Positions 47,573-59,789 of a stretch of 64,000 nt of DNA are shown in pieces. The stretch comes from Squalus acanthias (Eukaryota), in contig CM059432.1 of the NCBI GenBank assembly GCA_030390025.1, forward strand, positions 53,942,001-54,006,000, given 5' to 3'. Positions within the stretch are counted from its first letter, which is position 1, and each line of letters begins with the position of its first letter. A model generated the notes under the pieces. That model was not told the origin of the DNA and ran no database searches. It saw only the letters and a list, made by a program, of their open reading frames with translations. Both the position numbers and the translations under genes were made by a program.

Positions 47573-50278
47573 TTGAAAGAGACCCTAAAATGCAATTGAA
47601 AGGAAGGATATTAACTCAGTTAATACAGAATCTATATGGGTGGAGCTAAGAAATAGCGAGGGGCGAAAAACATTAATAGGAGTGGTATATAGGCCTCCAA
47701 ATAGTAAAATAGAGGTTGGGGAGGGCATCACGAGGGAAATTAGAGAAGCGTGCAATAAGAGCACAGCTGTCATCATAGGTGACTTTAACTTACATATAGA
47801 TTGGAATAGCCTAATCAGTAAAAATAATGAGGAGGAGGAATTCCTTGAGTGTTTAAGGGATGGTTATCTGGATCAATATGTCGAGGAACCAACTCGGGAA
47901 CAGGCTATATTGGACTGGGTACTGTGCAATGAGAAGGGACTAATTAGTAATCTTGTTGTACGGGGACCCTTGGGTCAGAGCGATCATAACATGATCGATT
48001 TCTCACTCGAAATGGAGAGCGAAGAAATTGACTCAGATACTAAGGTCCTGAATTTAAACAAGTGGAATTATGATGCCATTAGACGGGAACTGAGTAGGTA
48101 TGATTGGACAACGTTCCTGGGAGGACTGGAGGTAGATAAACAATGGCAAGCATTTAAAGATAGAATGACAAAATTGCAAAAATTGTTTATACCAATCTGG
48201 CATAAAAGGAAATCTAAAAAGGTGACTCAACCGTGGATAACAGGGGAAATTAGAGACAGCATAAAATCCAAAGATAGGGCGTATAAAATAGCCAAAAAAA
48301 GCGCCAGAGCGGAAGATTGGGAACAGTTTAAGATAGAGCAAAGGAGGACAAAGGGCTTAATCAAGAGGGGCAAAATAGCTTACGAAAGCAAGCTGGCGGA
48401 AAATATAAAAACTAACTCCAAAAGCTTTTATAAGTATATCAAGAGGAAAAGACTGGTGAAAACCAAAGTTGGCCCATTGCAGTCAGATACGGGGGAATAT
48501 ATAACGGGAAATAAAGAAATGGCAGACCAACTAAATGCATACTTTGGGTCAGTCTTTACGAAGGAAGACACAAAAAACCTCCCTGGGATATCGGGAAAAA
48601 TAGGGACATTTGCAAAGGAGGAACTGACGCAAGTCAATATCTCTAAGGATATGGTGTTAAGGAAGCTAAAGGGATTGAAGGCAGACAAATCCCCAGGGCC
48701 TGATAACATGCATCCTAGGGTGCTGAAGGAGGTGGCCCTAGAGATAGCGGATGCACTAAGTATGATTTTTCAGAATTCATTAGACTCGGGAACAGTGCCC
48801 ATGGATTGGAGGGTAGCTAACGTTACCCCACTATTCAAAAAGGGGGGTAGGGAAAAAGCAGGTAATTACAGACCTGTAAGCCTTACATCAGTTGTGGGCA
48901 AAATGCTGGAGTCCATCATTAAGGATGAAATAGTGGAGCACTTAGCAAATGGGGACAGGATAGGACAGAGTCAACATGGATTTACAAAGGGTAAATCGTG
49001 CTTGACTAATCTATTGGAATTTTTTGAGGGAGTAACTGGTAAAATAGATGGGGGAGAGCCAGTAGATGTGGTGTACCTGGACTTCCAAAAGGCCTTCGAT
49101 AAGGTCCCACATAAAAGATTAGCAGGGAAAATTGAAGCTCATGGGATAAAGGGGAAAGTATTGACGTGGATAGAGAACTGGCTGTCAGATAGAAAACAGA
49201 GAGTTGGAATAAACGGCTCATTTTCTGAATGGCAGGCAGTAACAAGTGGGGTACCACAGGGATCTGTCCTGGGTCCCCAGCTGTTCACAATTTACATTAA
49301 TGACCTGGATCAGGGAGTCGGATGCAGCATTTCCAAATTTGCAGACGACACTAAACTAGGAGGGGGGGTGGGCTCAGAGGAGGAGACCAGGAAGCTCCAA
49401 AGCGATTTGGACAGACTGGGTGATTGGGCGGATAAATGGCAGATGCACTATAATGTGGACAAGTGCGAAGTTATCCACCTTGGGTGCAGGAACGGGAGGG
49501 CAAATTATTATTTAAATGGCAATAAATTGGGAGAGGGGGAAGTACAGAGAGACCTGGGTGTTCTTGTACACCAGTCACTGAAGGCGAGCATGCAGGTGCA
49601 ACAGGCGATCAAGAAGGCAAACGGTATGCTGGCCTTCATAGCAAAAGGGTTGGAATACAGGAACAGGGATACCTTGCTGCAGCTGTACAGGGCACTGGTG
49701 AGACCACACCTCGAGTACTGTGTACAGTTTTGGTCGCCTCATCTGAGGAAAGATGTTCTTGCCATGGAGGGGGTGCAGCGGCGATTCACCAGGCTGATAC
49801 CAGGAATGGCGGGATTGACCTATGAGGAGAGACTATGTAGTTTAGGGATGTACACACTGGAGTTTAGAAGATTGAGAGGGGACCTCATAGAAGTGTATAA
49901 AATTCTGACAGGTCTAGACAGACTAGATGCAGAAGGAATGTTTCCCTTGGCGGGTGAGAACAGAACTAGAGGACATAATTTAAGGATAAGGGCTAAACCA
50001 TTTAGGACAGAAATGAGGGGGAATTTCTTCACTCAGAGGGTGGTGAACCTGTGGAACTCATTGCCACAGAGGGCAGTGTACGCCAGCTCATTAAATATAT
50101 TTAAGAGGGAATTAGATATATTTCTACAGGCAAAAGGGGTTAAGGGTTACGGAGAGAAGGCGGGGACGGGATACTGAATTGGAGGATCAGCCATGATCTC
50201 ATTAAATGGCGGAGCAGGCTCGAAGGGCCGGATGGCCTACTCCTGCTCCTATCTTCTATGTATCTATGTATCTATGTA
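47573..50278 (+). mobile_element. Young 5'-truncated CR1 LINE
   Basis: Begins inside the EN domain; 3' UTR and (tatctatg)n tail present. Confidence 0.95.
47640..50177 (+). CDS. CR1 ORF2 (partial EN + RT), 845 uninterrupted codons, no native start
   Basis: YRPP, GDFN, SDH, NYRPVSLTS, GVPQGSVLGP, FADD. Confidence 0.9.
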   Translation: MELRNSEGRKTLIGVVYRPPNSKIEVGEGITREIREACNKSTAVIIGDFNLHIDWNSLISKNNEEEEFLECLRDGYLDQYVEEPTREQAILDWVLCNEKGLISNLVVRGPLGQSDHNMIDFSLEMESEEIDSDTKVLNLNKWNYDAIRRELSRYDWTTFLGGLEVDKQWQAFKDRMTKLQKLFIPIWHKRKSKKVTQPWITGEIRDSIKSKDRAYKIAKKSARAEDWEQFKIEQRRTKGLIKRGKIAYESKLAENIKTNSKSFYKYIKRKRLVKTKVGPLQSDTGEYITGNKEMADQLNAYFGSVFTKEDTKNLPGISGKIGTFAKEELTQVNISKDMVLRKLKGLKADKSPGPDNMHPRVLKEVALEIADALSMIFQNSLDSGTVPMDWRVANVTPLFKKGGREKAGNYRPVSLTSVVGKMLESIIKDEIVEHLANGDRIGQSQHGFTKGKSCLTNLLEFFEGVTGKIDGGEPVDVVYLDFQKAFDKVPHKRLAGKIEAHGIKGKVLTWIENWLSDRKQRVGINGSFSEWQAVTSGVPQGSVLGPQLFTIYINDLDQGVGCSISKFADDTKLGGGVGSEEETRKLQSDLDRLGDWADKWQMHYNVDKCEVIHLGCRNGRANYYLNGNKLGEGEVQRDLGVLVHQSLKASMQVQQAIKKANGMLAFIAKGLEYRNRDTLLQLYRALVRPHLEYCVQFWSPHLRKDVLAMEGVQRRFTRLIPGMAGLTYEERLCSLGMYTLEFRRLRGDLIEVYKILTGLDRLDAEGMFPLAGENRTRGHNLRIRAKPFRTEMRGNFFTQRVVNLWNSLPQRAVYASSLNIFKRELDIFLQAKGVKGYGEKAGTGY

Positions 50279-50959
50279 ACAGCTAAACCTCAAATAAATT
50301 TTTTTTTAAAACATTACATTAATAAAATAACTATAGTTAAATAAATTAACCACTTTAAACAAAAATTTAAATTTTTTTAAAAATTAAAAAAAAAATTAAA
50401 AGTTATAAAAATAAACTTACCTTTCTTTAAAGTCTCTAAAAAAGATAAACCTGTTGAAAAAAATTAAAAATTATACTTAATTAACTACTTACCTTGTTCA
50501 AAAGGGGTCTTACGCCTCCTTTTTACATGTGTATAATCTTCCATACTTACCCTCGCGTTGAAACCTGAAAAAAAACCTAAGTGAGCTGCGTGCGCACAGC
50601 CTGTAGTGCGCACGCGGTTCACCTAGGAACCGCCCCCTTCGCCATACCGGAAGTGCCGGTTTCCCGCGCATGCGCAGTGCATGCAGGAAACCAGCACTTC
50701 GGGATCTAATATGGGTGAGTACACAGTGCGTACTCTCCCGTATTAGGCCGAATTTTTGGGCCGTTGTCATGCAGCAGTGTTTCAATATCCTATCCCTAAT
50801 AGGATACCTTAGTGCTTGCCCACATAAAACCTATGACATGCAAGTTAGTCCCAAGAGGAATTCGAATGTAAAGAAGTGACATCAGGCATGGAGCTATTCT
50901 AATATGCTGACCAGGCATAGCACTTATTTCCATATACCCGGGATTCAGCCCTGCATTGT

Positions 50960-52150
50960 TGGGTGAACTGTTAGAATATCCTTGAGCTAAATGGTGGTCC
51001 ACTGTCTGAAATAACCTCATTTGGAATGCCATGGTGTGCAAAATGAGATTTTATTCTAGCTATGACTCCCTAGAGGGCTGTCCTATGATGAGAGATTGTG
51101 TAGAATGGGCCTATACTCTCTGGAGTTTAGAAGAATGAGAGGTGATCTCATTGAAACATACAAGATTCTGAGGGGATTGACAGGGTAGACGCTGAGAGGT
51201 TGTTTCCCCAGGCTGGAGTGTCTCAAACTAGGGGGCATAGTCTCAGGATAAGGGGTAGGCCATTTAAGACTGAGATGTGGAGGAATTTCTTCACTCAGAG
51301 GGTTGTGAATCTTTGGAATTCTCTGCCCCAGAGGGCTGTACATGCTGAGTCTTTGAATATATTCAAGGCTGAGATAGATAGATTTTTGGACTCTAGGGGA
51401 ATCAAGGGATATGGAGATCGGACGGGAAAGTGGAGTTGAGGTCGATGATCAGCCATGATCTTATTGAATGGTGGAGCAGGCTCGAGGGGCCGTATGGCCT
51501 ACTCCTGCTCTTATGTTCTTATGTTCCCTTTTTTCTCAGACAGCCTGCCTATTTCAAAGAGATCAGAGCAATGGAAGATAAGATAGTTTCTTCCATCCAC
51601 TTCAAATGGATTACACCCTATCTTCTCCCAGAACATTGCTAGTTGCCATTTTTGGGACCATTTTTCCACAGATAGGTTTTGGAAAAAGAGTTACTTTAAA
51701 TGTTGTGTTATAAAGCATTGTATATTCGTACAAGAGATGATAGATTGTTAGGAGGCGAATGAGCTAGCTTTGATGTTATTTCCTCACATTACCTCATGAA
51801 CCATGAATAATAATCAATTTATTAGCATGTCTCAGTAATCGCTAAACACCTGTGTTGGGGAGTCACTGGCCCGGAGTGCTCGGCAGGAGTTCTGACAGAC
51901 CTTCCCTTTCTGGCTGTGAACAGCGAAAGGTAAAACATACATACACAGGTAATCAGACTGAGGTCTTTAAACAAAATGTTGAAAGGTGATCAGACATCAA
52001 AAGGCTGTGAGTAGGCTGGAGTACAGGAGAGAACAGTCAGAAGTTATCTTTTTTAAGTTCAGTAAGATGACCCACTGATTTGGTGGCTAATAAGCAGTTC
52101 TTTTTGCTGTTTGGCTTGAAACTGCTGACATACACTGCACTGTGATATGG
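50960..52150 (-). pseudogene. Ancient Gypsy integrase remnants
   Basis: Minus strand, in colinear order: CSVCQQFQAKQQKELLISH (~52140), FWEKIGCNPFEVDGRNYL (~51630), HGIPNEVISDSGPPFSS (~51030). Confidence 0.7.
51075..51525 (+). mobile_element. CR1 3' fragment inserted into the integrase remnant
   Basis: RGHSLRIRGRPFKTE...; tail (atgttctt)n. Confidence 0.9.
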
Positions 52151-53294
52151 CCCCAAAATTCCACAGTGGTTTTACCAGTTTACTGCCATAACTTTGGTGG
52201 GAGACAGGTGGAATTCCCAAAGATAAAGTGAGATCTGGATAAATTCTGGATAAAGCATGATGATAGAAGGTTTTAACAGGGAATCTCAATAAAAGAAAGG
52301 TGAGAAAAACTTAAATTAGAAATGTACAGATGTGAAAAATTACCAGGAGGTGGCAGAAGATTACTGGTGGACAAGAAGGTAGTTTACCCATCGAAGAGTT
52401 TTTTGCCTTCCATCTGTTCTCCCCTACTGGTTAGTCTTCATGTAAGTTGACAAGCAACCTGCATGGAGTCGACTGATGTTAACTGACTCTAGCTGCAATT
52501 AGGAAGTTTACTTCTGAAGAACTATTTTTATAATACTGCTTGCTGTGCATGTGCATATTGCTTTGTGTGAGGCCAACAGTCGTTCTGCAAGACTATGTGA
52601 GCTTGTGTATATAATTTCAGAGAGAAGGCTAGACTAGACAACTCACAGAGTTTTTAGTTTTTCACAAATTATTCTAATTGTGGAAAATAGGTAAATATTA
52701 CATTAATCATCAAAGTCTTGGAAACATGAATTATATAAGTATTTTTTACAATTGTGTGTATTTTCTCAGAGAGATCTTGATATTACCTTAGTTTGGCATT
52801 TTACTGCATTTTTCACTTTTATTTATTTACAGCATATAACTTTACTATTAACTTAAACATGTATTTCATGCCTTCTTGGTAAATAAGTTCAGTGCAGGAG
52901 GGAGATGAAAAAGCCTGACCAAAACTAATAGTTGGATCTAAACTGTAGGCCGAGCTAGATGGGCCAAGTAGTAATTTCTCTTTATTCATTCTTACCTTCT
53001 TATGTTCTTAATTCAGTATCATAATTCCATCTCAAACCCAGAACACTAGTAATATTCCTCGACCGCCAATATCCTGCCTTTTCTAGACACTTGAGAGCAA
53101 AAGCTAACCAGAAATTCATCTACAAAAAAATAAAGAACTTGCATTTATATAACACCTTTCAGAATATCCCAAAGCACTCTACAGACAATTAATTATTTTT
53201 TGAAATGTAGTCACTGTAGTTTTTCAGGTAAATGCCACAGCCAATTTGGACACAGCAAGGTACCAAAAGAGCAAGCAGATGAATAACCAGATAA

Positions 53295-54061
53295 TCTGTC
53301 TGCAGCAGGTGGCAGATTTCAGTGAGCACCTCCTTAGTAAAACGGAGACGTTGCATGCACTGTTCCTCGCTGAGGTTGAGGTAGGAGAATTGCTCCCTGA
53401 AGACCCTGGGTGGACATGGCCTCCTGCTGAGAGCCCTTCTACCCCTCCTCCTCCTGCCTCTTCTAGCAGCTTGTCCTGCTCTGTGTCACCTCTGCTCATT
53501 CTCCCTGTCAATCTGCAGGCCAAGTTACTGCACCCATGCTGCGAGCAACTGGTCTGAGCAGACCCCTTGCAAGTCAATACCTTGAGCACGAGCCACACCA
53601 CTCCTTGTAGACTTTAGGCAACTTTAAAGAAGTTTAGAAAGCACCAGACACTGCTACAAACTCAGCAACAGCCAGTAGAAATCAATCAGCAACTAACCTG
53701 TTAGTAGGTGATGATCCCTTTAAATAGCACTGTTGGGGGTGGGGGCGGGGGTGGGGGGTCCTTCCTGCTGCTAAACGCATGTTCAGCTGTGTGAGGTTAA
53801 GAGAGGGCATTAGCTCCAGCGTTAAGGTCCGAAATGGCAGAGCTGGCGCCAAATCAGTATTTTACGCTGATTGACTCACGATCTGCGTACTCTGTATACG
53901 TCCGGTGCATGCTCCCAGCGGCGATGCTAACGCTCTCACCAAAATAATATCCAGCGGGCCCGCACCAGAAATGTGTGTGCGCTGCTTGGACACCATTTTC
54001 GAGCCAATTTGGCACCCACAGCGTCCAAACAATGGGCGCTAGGCAACCGAATTTTTAGCCC
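53295..54061 (-). mobile_element. Harbinger terminal fragment with transposase N-terminus
   Basis: Minus strand PPRVFREQFSYLNLSEEQCMQRLRFTKEVLTEICHLLQ (compare 31330-31445); end aatttttagccc. Confidence 0.75.
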
Positions 54062-54659
54062 GATAATTTCTGACTATTCTCACCTGTACTCTAGCTTTCT
54101 TCAAAAAAGTGCCATGGGATCTTTTATGTTCACTTGTACAGGCAGATGGAGGTTCAGTTTAGTGCCATATCCAAAGAAAAACATTACCAAGACATGAGCT
54201 GGACAAAATGTGCATACGTTATTTACCTCAGAACAGAATCTGGAATTTCTTTGGACAAAGCCACGCTGCTGATGCAGAAAGGCAAATTAGATTTTTCTCC
54301 TGCGTCTAAAACTCAAACTAGTGTGTGCTCTGCTCCTGGTGCCAACGAGCTTGGTGTGAAAAATGGTTGAAAACAGGGAAACACCAGCAGTGTCAGCTCA
54401 TGGTTTATAGCAGTATTCTGAATTTTACACCCTGTGAGTAAAATGAAACCACTAGGGTTGTCACTATTTTGATGCCAGCTACTTAATAATACCAATTAAG
54501 GTTTAGTTAATGGGTCTTAATGCTGATTTCTGTTCCATATGAGGCAAAAAAAACTATTTTTGTCACAGCCTTTGTTCAAAACACCATTTTTATTAGAAAT
54601 CTTTGGACAATTATATCTGTGTTAATGCGTCTGTGGCTTTTGATGAAAATGATCTCCCA

Positions 54660-55230
54660 AAGTGGTTTCTGCGTGGCTGGCTAGTGGAACACACTGATCA
54701 GCCGCCCGCAGTCCTGCTCGGAGGCCTGATCCATTTTGAGGACTTGGCCTCATTTGCATCAGGCCAGAGGGCTGCAGCTGGAAAACCGAGCGTTCCGGGG
54801 CAGCCCACCGGCTCTGGACCGTCGCAATATCAGGAGACCTGGCCGGCCGGGGTCTGGGCTGGTGAAGGTAGGGTCCTGTTGGGGGTGGTGGGGGGATTGG
54901 TGGGGTGCTATGTTCCTATCTGATGAGAGGCACTCCTGCTTCTCCTGGCCCCACAAAAATAAAGAGGAACTCATCTTTCGGATCCACTTTGGCCAGGCCG
55001 CGAGCTCATACTGGCTGGAGCATGCACGGTGCAATATCAGGCTAGTTCAGTCCAAAAATGGCAATTGACGGCATAGGACCCCAATTTCCATTTCAAATGG
55101 GCCGACCAGCTGACTCTGGAGTCTGCTCCGGCCACCCAGTGACAGGCCCCAGTGAACATTGCCGCAGCCACAGCCATGGCGGCAATGAAGCAGTAGGTCA
55201 TTACCCATTATTTTCAGGTGCAATTGCCCC
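54660..55230. mobile_element. Degenerate MITE related to 18353-19068
   Basis: Shared cactcctgc(t/c)tctcctggcccc; ends caattgcccc. Confidence 0.45.
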
Positions 55231-55309
55231 ATTTCCACCAGGTGGAAGCCCAGGTGTGGAATACCTTAAGCTATCACAGTAAAGTATGTGTATGCAAATC
55301 ATTATTATA

Positions 55310-55545
55310 TTAGTGACTGTCCCCATGCCATGGTACTTTTTCTTAGCAGCTTTGCACGACTTTTTGGCTTCTGAGCTAACATTGATGTACTCAGCAATCA
55401 ATGTCCAGGCATTCTGGACTGGAGCTTCATTAGTTGAATAACCTCTGCTCCCAAAAAAGTAATACACATTTTCCTGGATCCTATTGAGAAAGACAGTGAG
55501 ATCGTAATCAACAAACTGGGATTTGTGAACTGTAGGAACAGCCAT
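55310..55545 (-). pseudogene. Myb/SANT-like domain exon (Harbinger-type)
   Basis: FVDYDLTVFLNRIQENVYYFFG...NAWTLIAEYIN...AAKKKYHGM follows the F-x3-L...LF...W-x2-IA-x2-N...KKK(W/Y) pattern. Confidence 0.6.
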
Positions 55546-56005
55546 TACCTGTGCATTCTGATCTCCTCACTGTACATCTCATTCTGGAGTACTGGTTAAT
55601 TGTTTGAATAGTGTAAAAATGACTGCCAATGCAGGTACTGATTTCTGCCTGGTGAAGTTTTCAAATTCATAAGCCACAGAGGAAACCCAGATGCACCTGT
55701 CAGTTTAATTGACAGAAGATATTCATGAACAGAAATGGATGAACTTTAATCGTTAGTTCAAAAAGAGTAAAATATACCTACAAACACCTGCTCAATAAGG
55801 GTTCTGGTTTGCCTATGTGCCTCGCTGTATCTGCTGGGGTGTGATAGTTATGTAAAGGCACCATTATCTATGCTCGTATTATGTAGCCCATACCTCCAAG
55901 GACTCAACCATCCATCGTTCCTATCCTTCAAAAAAGTTCTAAAACTTTTGATTACCTCAAAATAAAATCATCATGCATCCCCCAAAAAGCTGGCATTGTG
56001 GTAGA

Positions 56006-56440
56006 TTATTTTCTGGTGGGGGTCATAGGCCATTTGCACAGTAATGGAATAACAAACCTTTCTTTTAGGGATGCGAAAGATTGCTGTTTAGGCAGTTGAA
56101 TAGCTACATAGGTACTGTCAACAATACCGTGAAACTTGGAGAGGCCACCAATTTGGAAAACTTTAGCAGTCTCCGCTGCTGCTGCTGAAGTAGGTAGATG
56201 GCAAACCCAGGGCTTCCTCCTTACTGTAGTGATGCACGAAGAAGCAACTGTTTGCTGTGATGTCCTCTGTAGGCAGTTAGAGACGGTGGTGATCTGGACT
56301 GCCATTAGTACTGCAGTGCAGATGGTTGAGTGTCCTTCATGAAACAGGTGACACATCTTGGTCACAGCTTCCCTGCTGAACCTGTGCCCGAATCTCTTCA
56401 TGTGTTGTTCCTCTGTCATACAAGGTAGCTGGCTATTTCA
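56006..56440 (-). pseudogene. Degenerate Harbinger transposase fragment
   Basis: MTEEQH...FSREAVTKMCHL, AVQIT, GIVDSTYVAI. Confidence 0.65.
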
Positions 56441-58921
56441 GTAGATCCACTTCCTGAAATCCTGCAAGTCATGCACCTCCTATTCCCTCTGTGCTTCTGG
56501 ACTTTCCTCTCTATCCTGCTGCTGCTACACAATGACATATCCAACAATGACTGCTGCATTCATGGTATGCACTAGAAAACTCCTCAGTACCGTTCACTTC
56601 TGTCAGTGCTGTTGTGATACTTCAAAACAATGCCCTTCATTCAGTCCAGACCTGGAGTTCAGAACTCATGATTCATTTATACCCTGTTCTCCTGCAATAT
56701 TGGTAGAAAGCACCATTTTTAATGCAGGCCAATCCTGAGGCTTGTATTAAAGATATTGCTTTCTACCAGTATTGCATCCCTGTTTATGCTCTCATTCTTC
56801 CTAGAAATAATCAAACAGAAAAATATAGCCCTGCCATAACTTTAGTCACTTTGCCATGGAGTTGAGGTTTTGCAGTGATGGCTGCAGTGCATGCACACAC
56901 TTGAACTGCGAGTGTAGGTGACATCAACTAAATGCAGGGATTTATCTATCACTCTGTGCAAGCTTCTTCTTCCCAGTGATATCATATGAACATTCAGCAG
57001 GTTCAAGCAAACGGTTTAATGTTACAGACGTACAATGCTCCCTGATGGATCTTCCTCTCTGCACTCGGCACTCTGCCAAGGCGATATTTTAAGTCCAGAC
57101 GGTGCAGACGAAAATCAACCCCCTTAACTTTAAAGTGTTATAATGCTGAAGAAAATGATTGCGCTTTTGAATGTCTTTTGATCCATCTCTTGAGTTCTGA
57201 AATAAAATCCCAAGTTATCTTAATGCAACATTTACTTACTAATTTCAAAGTAAGTGCCTGATTTTAACCATGTGCTCCAGTGTACTGCTGTTTATCTTGG
57301 GATATCTCAGGATTCTTATGAAAGCACAGACTAGATTTAAGTGATGGAAATTTAATGCACTATAATGTTTATCTTGTGACAACTATGTTACTAATGAGAC
57401 TAGACTGAGTAATGCCCCAGGCAGCTTATGTAGTAATCATGAGTATCATTACTGACAGTCTCTGCCTTATGTACTTTGCACATACCACCAACGGTATATG
57501 TCATGTATAGCACCAAAGAGACAACTGCACTGTTCATTTCTTAATTGAGACTAAACTAATGAGATTGGTTCCAGCATTTTGTTCCTCTGATAGAGTTCTT
57601 TGTAAATTTCATAAAACAACTGGTATTTATGCCAGTATGTGAACATGCTATTCCATAACCTGGCTTTTGCTTTCTGTCCATTCGTCTTGGGATTTCTTTT
57701 TCTAAAAGTGCTCTGCTGCTGATCTCTGCCTCTCTCCCTCCCAACTAGCTTCGTTCATATACCAAGTGCTGCAGATTTTGGAAATTATGTGCCTATATTT
57801 AAAACTAACTAGTGAGTCTTCTTATTATGACTTATACTAATTAGGATAGGATTTTTCAAGAAGAGAGGAGAAAGAAAAGCACAGAATGGGATCAACAGAA
57901 AGAGAGCACAGAAAATAACTGAGGGGAATCCAGCTTTAAGAAATTAAAGAGAGCCCAGAAAAATAGAAGAGAATGGGACAACTAAAAAACACACAGAGAA
58001 TTTGGGGGGGAAAGGGAAAAAGCAGAGGGAGACTATTTAAATTAAAAGGCTGGAAAATGAGAGGAAAATGGGGTAAATAAAAATTATAGAGAGAGCTGGA
58101 AAAAAAGCCCCAAAAAAGGGGACTATTAAAAAAGAGAGCACATGTGAGAAAGAGAGAGAGAGACGAGAATGAGACCATTAAAAATATAGAAAGGGTGATA
58201 TTTGACAAAGCGTATGAGAAAAAGAAAGGACTATTAAAGCTTAAAAAGATGAAGGTAGAGTTTCCACTTTGGGAGCAATTGGCAATCCGGGCGCAAATTG
58301 CACTTAAAATTATGCTAATTTTCTAAATTCAATTTTTTCTCAAGTTTCCCGCTGAAACTCATTTGCAAACCACCGAACGCAAAGGCCGGAATTCTTCCCA
58401 TTGTCGAGCGTGCGGGTTTGGAGTTGGGTCGGCAGAAAAAATCCCGGAAATCGGGAACCCGCCGTCATCCCGCCGCCTCGCACAGTTAACTCGGGCAGAT
58501 TTGAAGGCGCGACATGTACCCGATCGTCAGAGGTGGGCGACCTTATTCAAGTCATTAACTGCCTATTGAGAGATCCTTAAGAGGGTTTTTAATGTCAGCT
58601 TTCGACTTTTACTGCAGGAACACGGGATGCACGCAGCTTGGGTACCTCACCTGTGAAGGGGAGGTGGAAGCTCAGTGGCCATTGGCGAATCCATTCATTG
58701 ATGAGCTGGGAAAAGCACATAAATACACCAACATTAAACCTCATTCCTGCCTTATGGAAAGGCTCTTGCTCACTCCATTTTGTCTACAGATTTAGGTGTC
58801 AGCAGTTTGCAGGTCTTTTCTGAAACCTCGGAAGCCACTCTCACCACATTGCTACTCAGTATCAGAACATTGAGGGATTGGCCCTCTGATCTCCAATTTA
58901 CCTGCCATTTACTACATCAGC

Positions 58922-59680
58922 ATGGGAGCTGTATATAAGGTCTCACCTTGGTCCTCAGAATCAGACCAAGATGAGCCCCACCAGCAGCAGCAGCAACCAC
59001 AACAACAGCTTTTTCCTCAATGACCTGATGCTTCACAGGAGAGAGGGGGGCACCACAGGGCTACAGTGCGCTGGAGGGGATACCCCCAACACAGGGTATA
59101 CAGGCAGAGGATGAGCTTCCTCAACATGACTGAACAGCAGTGCTTCAGGAGGCTCAGGTTATCGCGCCAGGTCATCGCAGACATTTGTAGCTTGCTGGAA
59201 CAAGACCTGCTACCTAGAGTACCTGATGGACATGCCTTACCAGTGGCTGTCAAAGTTACCAGCACCCTCAACTTCTTCACCTCAGGCTCCTTCCAGGGAT
59301 CTTCAGCAGACATTTGTGGGATCTCGCAGTCGGCCGCCCACAGATGCATCACCCAGGTGACTGATGCCATGTTTCACAAGGCAGCCAATTATGTCAACTT
59401 TGCCACTGTTGAGGGCAGTGTTAATGAGCGGGCACTCGGCTTTGCGGCCCTCGCTGACTTTCCACGGTGCAGGGCGTCATCGACTGCACACATGTGGCCA
59501 TGAAGGCACCCCCACCTCACCCAGGAGTGTTTGTGAACTGCAAGGGCTTCCACTCCCTCAATGTGCAGCTCGTTTGCAACCATAAGAAGATGATAATGCA
59601 TGTGTGCACTAGATTCCCTGGCAGCTATCATGACTCTTCCGTGCTGCGCCAGTCCATCCTCCCTCAGCTCTTCACAACTC
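58922..59680 (+). pseudogene. Harbinger transposase, 3'-truncated; element probably starts ~58255
   Basis: [57 protein letters not shown]. Confidence 0.88.
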
Positions 59681-59789
59681 AGTTCCTAAGACCTTGAGGG
59701 AGAAGGATAGGACTGGGGCTGGGAGAAAATAGTGTACATTTTCCTTTTTTTTAGGTAATCAGCATTCCCAGGCAAAGGGAAGAGGAAGT

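Larger units (their letters stand above)
47313..50762. mobile_element. Harbinger-type MITE carrying a CR1 insertion
   Basis: TIR ggcccagaaatt/aatttttgggcc; GC-rich ends and AT-rich centre; TSD not clean. Confidence 0.7.

Noticed and set aside
57855..58250. ORFs in an A/G-rich tract
   Set aside because: Low-complexity purine-rich sequence giving K/E- or F/L/S-biased spurious peptides.
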